Shown here piece by piece: positions 59,231 through 64,000 of a DNA stretch of 64,000 nt. A model generated the notes under the pieces. It saw only the letters and a program-made list of their open reading frames with translations. It searched no databases and was not told the DNA's origin. Made by a program: the position numbers and the translations under genes. Within the stretch, counting starts at the first letter, position 1. Each line of letters begins with the position of its first letter. Source of the stretch: Burkholderiales bacterium (GTDB lineage: Bacteria; Pseudomonadota; Gammaproteobacteria; Burkholderiales; Burkholderiaceae); the NCBI GenBank assembly GCA_026225235.1, contig JAMFSK010000087.1, positions 4,934 to 68,933 on the forward strand, read 5' to 3'.

Positions 59231-60943
59231 ATGCATTCGAGCTCGCGAATCCCCACGCTTGTTGTCTTTACGCTCTTGCTCGCAGCCTGCTCATCGGCGA
59301 GGCAAACCTCACTGGAGCAACAGGGCGACGGCACCGCGAACACAACACAGCTCGAATGCACGCAACTTGCCGGACTTCATATACCGGCTGCCACGATCGG
59401 TCTGCCAACGACAGGTGCTGTAGTGACGACGGCAACACCCGTTGCGGCGAGCGGACAAGGTGCCAAAAGCATACCGGCACTCTGCATGGTGACCGGCTCT
59501 ATTGCCCCTGTGGATCCGACGGCGCCCGAGATCAGGTTCAAGATTGCGCTGCCGGATCAATGGAATACAAAGGCGGTCATGCTCGGCGGCGGAGGCCTCG
59601 ACGGTTCCATACCCAACGTGATCGGCAACGTGCCCGCGGGCCCGGCAGACAAACCCTACCCGATTGCTCGCGGCTATGCCGTGTACGGCAGCGACTCGGG
59701 CCATCAAGCAGGAGCGCTTGGCTCTCAAGACGGATCGTTCGCCATGAATGAGGAGGCGCTCATGAACTGGAATTCGGGCGCTGCACTCAAGAAGACACGC
59801 GACGTTGCGGTCTACGTGATGCAAAAGCACTACGGACAGTCTCCGGTCAAATCCTACTTTATCGGCGGATCGACGGGTGGCCGCGAAGGGCTGACGGCAA
59901 TCCAGCGCTGGCCGGACGATTGGGACGGCGCCATCGCGTGGTACCCGGCCTGGGCTGGCATGGTCAGCATTCTCGGTGGTCAACAGATGAATCGTGCGCT
60001 CGCGCAGCCAGGAGCGTATCTCACACCTGTGAAGCGGAAGACACTATTCGACGCGGCCATGCAAACCTGCGACGGACTCGATGGCATCCAGGACGGGCTG
60101 ATCAGTAACCAGGCGCAGTGCAACGCCCTATTCGATCCGTCAACCGCGACGGTCGACGGTCATCCGCTCCGCTGCGTGGACGGCCGCGATACAGGCAATA
60201 GGTGCTTGTCCGACGCACAGATCAAGGCAGTAAAAACCATCAACTCGCCGACTCGCTTCAACTATCTGGCGAGTGGCCAAACAGAACAACCCGGCTTCAA
60301 TATCTGGGGTACCGATACCGGCATTGGCGAAGGCGACGACGTCTTGCACAAGACGGTGATGTGGTTGGCCTTTGGACATTCCGCTCCAACAGCGCCAATG
60401 CCAAGCAACGCGCCCTACGCCAGCGTCCTCACGGATCAATGGTTCAAGTATGCGATCACCCGTGACCCGAACTACGACACGCTGTCGATCGACCCTCAAA
60501 ATCCGGGAAAGTGGGCCGCGCGCATCAGCGAGTTGAGTGTGACGCTCGACGCGAAAACCGATATCTCCGCGTTCGCCTCGAGAGGGGGCAAGCTTCTTCT
60601 CGCCCATGGCGTCAACGATGTGCTCGTCAGTACGCGGTCAACGGAGGACTACTACGGGCGACTCGTGAGCCAGATGGGCCCGGATACGGTCCATTCGTTC
60701 GTAAGGTTCTATGAAGTGCCTGGATATGATCATGCAGCAAGCGCCGTGTTCAATGCAGCGTGGGATTCGCTGACGGCCCTCGAACACTGGGTTCAAAATG
60801 GAGACGCTCCGGCGAATCAGGTCGTCACCGATACCGCCGGCATACCGGGCCGGACGCGACCACTCTGCGAGTTTCCCCAGTGGCCCCGGTATAACGGCAC
60901 CGGCTCGGCGGATGCCGCGACATCGTTCTCGTGCGTGCAGTGA
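59231..60943 (+). CDS. Tannase/feruloyl esterase-family lipoprotein
   Basis: LLLAAC lipobox; GGGGLDG, SDSGH, GGSTGGREG, CDGLDG, HGVND, PGYDH, RTRPLCEFP. Confidence 0.9.
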   Translation: MHSSSRIPTLVVFTLLLAACSSARQTSLEQQGDGTANTTQLECTQLAGLHIPAATIGLPTTGAVVTTATPVAASGQGAKSIPALCMVTGSIAPVDPTAPEIRFKIALPDQWNTKAVMLGGGGLDGSIPNVIGNVPAGPADKPYPIARGYAVYGSDSGHQAGALGSQDGSFAMNEEALMNWNSGAALKKTRDVAVYVMQKHYGQSPVKSYFIGGSTGGREGLTAIQRWPDDWDGAIAWYPAWAGMVSILGGQQMNRALAQPGAYLTPVKRKTLFDAAMQTCDGLDGIQDGLISNQAQCNALFDPSTATVDGHPLRCVDGRDTGNRCLSDAQIKAVKTINSPTRFNYLASGQTEQPGFNIWGTDTGIGEGDDVLHKTVMWLAFGHSAPTAPMPSNAPYASVLTDQWFKYAITRDPNYDTLSIDPQNPGKWAARISELSVTLDAKTDISAFASRGGKLLLAHGVNDVLVSTRSTEDYYGRLVSQMGPDTVHSFVRFYEVPGYDHAASAVFNAAWDSLTALEHWVQNGDAPANQVVTDTAGIPGRTRPLCEFPQWPRYNGTGSADAATSFSCVQ

Positions 60944-61017
60944 AGTCTCGCTTGCGCGTAGCACTCGACGGTTATTCAATTCAGCGCCCTCGGCCGCCAG
61001 TTCGATGCACCGAGCGC

Positions 61018-61788
61018 TTATGGCACGGTGGTGAGCGAATGTTCCAGGCTGATGAGGTTCTGCGGCACAACCCGGATGAGGCCTCCGCGCGGGCTATCTA
61101 TATCCGCGATGAGCGCGAATGAGATTGAGACCACGAGCGGTTGAATGAGTAAAAGAGCGCTTCGCCTGGAGAAGGATCTGGTGCCGTCGCCCACCAGCAT
61201 ATTGCACGACACTGCAATGGCAACCATGAGGCCCCATGCAGCCGACGGTATGCGGTTCCACCACTCGGCTTGCGTATATCCCTGTGTGTTCAGGACATCG
61301 TTCATGCCAGACACGACAAGTGCTGTCACAGGCGTGGGTTGGAGTACGGCGACACTTTTGACGGGCGCCCACAATTGCGTCTGTAGCTCGCTCGTGGTCG
61401 AGTTGATCTCGGCGACGTAGTGCGCGTCGCGCGTCTGGTAAAACAGGATCCGCCGTCTGAGGTAGAGCTTGAGCAACGACTGGACTTTTTTCGTCTCAAC
61501 GTCTGGCAGTAGCTCGGCGCGGATAAACTCCGTACCGATCGCGTTGGCTTCTTCCTCTTCGTAGTTCTTGCGCAGGTCGTAGCGACCGACCGCCATCGAG
61601 AAGCTGAATCCGATCATGAGCGCGAGCAAGGTCAACGTCGCCCCTTGCACAACCCCGAAATCCTCGCGCGCTTCGCTTGTGAGTGGTGCCCTTCGTTTCT
61701 GAAGGGCAATTCCGCCGATGGCCGCGAGCCACAAAAGAGAGAACACCACTACAAACAGGACGGGGGGATGGCTCACCAGCTGCTCCAT
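61018..61788 (-). CDS. DUF4239-type membrane protein
   Basis: LLALMIGFSFS...EANAIGT...IADIDSPRGGLIRV. Confidence 0.78.
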   Translation of the reverse strand: MEQLVSHPPVLFVVVFSLLWLAAIGGIALQKRRAPLTSEAREDFGVVQGATLTLLALMIGFSFSMAVGRYDLRKNYEEEEANAIGTEFIRAELLPDVETKKVQSLLKLYLRRRILFYQTRDAHYVAEINSTTSELQTQLWAPVKSVAVLQPTPVTALVVSGMNDVLNTQGYTQAEWWNRIPSAAWGLMVAIAVSCNMLVGDGTRSFSRRSALLLIQPLVVSISFALIADIDSPRGGLIRVVPQNLISLEHSLTTVP

Positions 61789-61925
61789 AGCTTCCTCTCC
61801 AAAGGTAAGCAACAGTCATCAAAAATCTCTCGGCACGGTACCTGCATAGCGTGTCAGAGGCAATCCGATCAAGCCACGAGCGCCTCTGCCGAACGCGAAG
61901 TTGAAACCGGGCGGCCGACCTTTCT

Positions 61926-62534
61926 TTAACGCCTCGCAGATATTCGACGAGGCCGGCCCGGCCACCCCATCAACGCGCGCTCAGCTGACTCCCTTAGTTC
62001 CACCTCAGACATGCCCTCTGCTGCCTGCAGAGCAAGTCCGTTGAACACCATGAGCAGATATCTGGCGAGAGCGGCTGGATCAGCGGACGAGGGGAGATCC
62101 CCCTCCTCTTGCGCACGCGTGAGCCGTTTGGTGAGCAAGTCCCTCGTTCTACTGCGCTGTTCGATGATTGCGCCCGGAACATCCTCGTTGTTTACGCCCG
62201 TCGACGTTCCTGCCTGGATCAGCAAACAACCGCGAGGTTCATTCGGATCGACGAGCCATTCGATCGCGCCGAAGAGCATTCGTTCGGCAACCTCACGAGC
62301 CGTGGTGGCGGCAAGCAGATACTCCCGGTGTGTAGCGCGTCGCTCGCGGTAACGATTCAGAACGGCATCGAAGAGGCCTCGCTTGCTACCAAACGCCGCA
62401 TAGATGCTCGGCGAATTGAGCCCCATTGCCTTTGTCAGTTCGGCCATTGAAGCGCCGTCGTAGCCATGGCGCCAGAAGACCTCCATCGCACGATCGAGCA
62501 CCTCCGCTTCTTCAAAATCGCGCGGTCGCGCCAT
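61926..62534 (-). CDS. TetR/AcrR-family regulator
   Basis: MARPRDF, FWRHGYDGASMAEL, SIYAAFGSKRGLF, RGCL. Confidence 0.93.
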   Translation of the reverse strand: MARPRDFEEAEVLDRAMEVFWRHGYDGASMAELTKAMGLNSPSIYAAFGSKRGLFDAVLNRYRERRATHREYLLAATTAREVAERMLFGAIEWLVDPNEPRGCLLIQAGTSTGVNNEDVPGAIIEQRSRTRDLLTKRLTRAQEEGDLPSSADPAALARYLLMVFNGLALQAAEGMSEVELRESAERALMGWPGRPRRISARR

Positions 62535-62554
62535 TTCATCCATCCCGATCAATT

Positions 62555-62624
62555 TTTTGTTGATCATTACATAATCAGCTTGCTCCGTCCATTCGAGCGT
62601 GGTTATATGGCGATCATCACAAAA
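62555..62624. promoter_or_regulatory. Paired TetR operator candidates
   Basis: TTTTGTTGATCATTACATAA (62555-62574) and the inverted TTATATGGCGATCATCACAAAA (62603-62624) between divergent tetR and SDR. Confidence 0.5.
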
Positions 62625-62636
62625 CTGGAGCGTTCG

Positions 62637-63389
62637 ATGGGTACATCTCTGCAAGGCAAAGTGGCTGTCATCACAGGGGGCGGCGAAGGCATCGGCCTGG
62701 CCTCCGCGAAACAGATGGTTGACGAAGGGGCTTCGGTATTTATCGTCGGCCGACGCCAGACCATATTGGACGCAGCAGTCACCGAAATCGGCGGAGACGT
62801 CGTGGCTCTTCAGGCAGACGTGTCCAAAGCGGCGGACCTCGATCGAATTTACGAAGCAGTTCGGGTCGCCAAGGGTAAGGTGGACATTCTGGTCGCGAAC
62901 GCCGGTGTTCAGACGAGGGAAGCGCTCGGATCAATCACGGAAGAAGGTATCGACTATCAGCTCGGGATCAATTTCAAGGGCGTAATCTACACCGTGCAGC
63001 AGGCCCTGCCGCTGCTCAACGACGGCGCGTCGATCATCCTGTTGTCTTCCGCGACGGCCCTGAAGGGTTTGCCCACACGCACCGTCTATTCGGCGACGAA
63101 GGCCGCGATTCGCAGCTTCGCTCGGACTTGGGCCTCGGAGCTTAAGGCTCGACGCATTCGAGTCAATGCAATCAGCCCGGGCCCCATCCTGACACCTTTG
63201 CTGAACGCCACCCTTGTCGATGAAAAGGCCAAGGAGGCCTACATGGCGAACATCGTCGGCGCGGTTCCGTTGGGGCGGCCGGGCGGCCCGGAGGAAATGG
63301 GAAAGATCGTGGCGTTTCTGGCCTCCGATGCGTCCAGTTATATCAACGGCGCTGACATCCAGGCGGACGGCGGCTTTGCGCAGGTGTAG
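62637..63389 (+). CDS. SDR oxidoreductase
   Basis: TGGGEGIG, NAG, YSATK, SPGP; ATG 62637 after GGAG. Confidence 0.92.
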   Translation: MGTSLQGKVAVITGGGEGIGLASAKQMVDEGASVFIVGRRQTILDAAVTEIGGDVVALQADVSKAADLDRIYEAVRVAKGKVDILVANAGVQTREALGSITEEGIDYQLGINFKGVIYTVQQALPLLNDGASIILLSSATALKGLPTRTVYSATKAAIRSFARTWASELKARRIRVNAISPGPILTPLLNATLVDEKAKEAYMANIVGAVPLGRPGGPEEMGKIVAFLASDASSYINGADIQADGGFAQV

Positions 63390-63573
63390 CAAAACACAGC
63401 GCCTATCGCCACCCGCTTCTCCTACGGGTGGTGTCAAATACTTCGCGCCACCGCGCGAAGCAAGTTGCTTCACGCGCGCTCAAGTCCATCGGCATGACGT
63501 CGTACCGATCCGTCACCACTGCGGAGTGGTCGAGATCTTATTGAGCGCGCACACAGCACCCCAACACCGGCCG

Positions 63574-64000
63574 CTATCCCTTCCCCGCCGAGGTAGCCGC
63601 CTCGTGCACCTCGCGGGCCCCGCTCCGCAACAAAAGAAGCAACGCCACCACAACGAGCGCCATGGTCAAGCCGGCAAAGATCAGCGTAGCCTTCTGAATA
63701 CCGGCGACCTGCACAGCCATACCCAGGCCGATCACGGGAAGCGAGATCGCGACGTAGAGCACGACGAAAAAGCTCGACGTCACCTCGGCGCGCCTGTGAG
63801 GAGGACTCTTTTCTGTCAGCTCTCCCAGCCCTGCGCGAAGACTAATCCCCTGCCCAATTCCTGCCAATGCGGTCCCGATGAGCAAGGCCACCAGAGAGCG
63901 CTCGGGCACGCATAGAGCGACCCCTAGCAAACCGGCAAGCAGACCAATACAGCCGGCCGGTTGCCGCCAGCGAGTCGCAATATGCGCCTGTGCAATTTGT
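63574..64000 (-). CDS. MFS transporter, C-terminal part (runs off the window)
   Basis: Hydrophobic helices; PHRRAEVTSSFFVVLY. Confidence 0.75.
   Translation of the reverse strand, partial: QIAQAHIATRWRQPAGCIGLLAGLLGVALCVPERSLVALLIGTALAGIGQGISLRAGLGELTEKSPPHRRAEVTSSFFVVLYVAISLPVIGLGMAVQVAGIQKATLIFAGLTMALVVVALLLLLRSGAREVHEAATSAGKG

Overview
GC-rich (~60%) betaproteobacterial DNA that looks like accessory Burkholderia/Paraburkholderia chromid or megaplasmid sequence (inferred from gene content). It is a mosaic of small metabolic and regulatory modules separated by gene relics. I found no transposase, integrase, tRNA/rRNA or CRISPR array. Modules in order: (1) a family III CoA-transferase divergent from an HTH-citrate-synthase fusion, with a TTGA/TCAA-rich operator; (2) a complete fisR / pdo - DUF442-sqr - tauE sulfide-oxidation locus with a readable UAS, IHF site and sigma54 promoter, followed by a dead dsrE; (3) a XylR/DmpR-type sigma54 operon for aromatic alcohol/aldehyde uptake and oxidation (CalA-like SDR, Vdh-like ALDH, Liv-type ABC); (4) a metNIQ-like ABC transporter; (5) SDR-ABM-GST; (6) an extra tatA divergent from a Tat-signal Mn-dependent oxalate decarboxylase plus mntH, with a long structured 5' leader, CbbR-type boxes and a convergent CbbR-like regulator; (7) a sugar catabolic operon (AKR dehydrogenase, PhyH-type 2OG/Fe(II) dioxygenase, mutarotase, sugar ABC, UxaA-type dehydratase, two GntRs); (8) an orphan PnbB/DUF4863 gene, a sigma28-driven MCP, a tannase-family lipoprotein lacking the CS-D-HC cysteines, and TetR/SDR. 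About ten pseudogenes or fragments are visible. The best candidates for undescribed systems are the tatA-oxdC-mntH module with its leader RNA, the dioxygenase-containing sugar pathway and the HTH-citrate synthase/CoA-transferase pair. All functional calls come from motif recognition by eye; no database searches were run.
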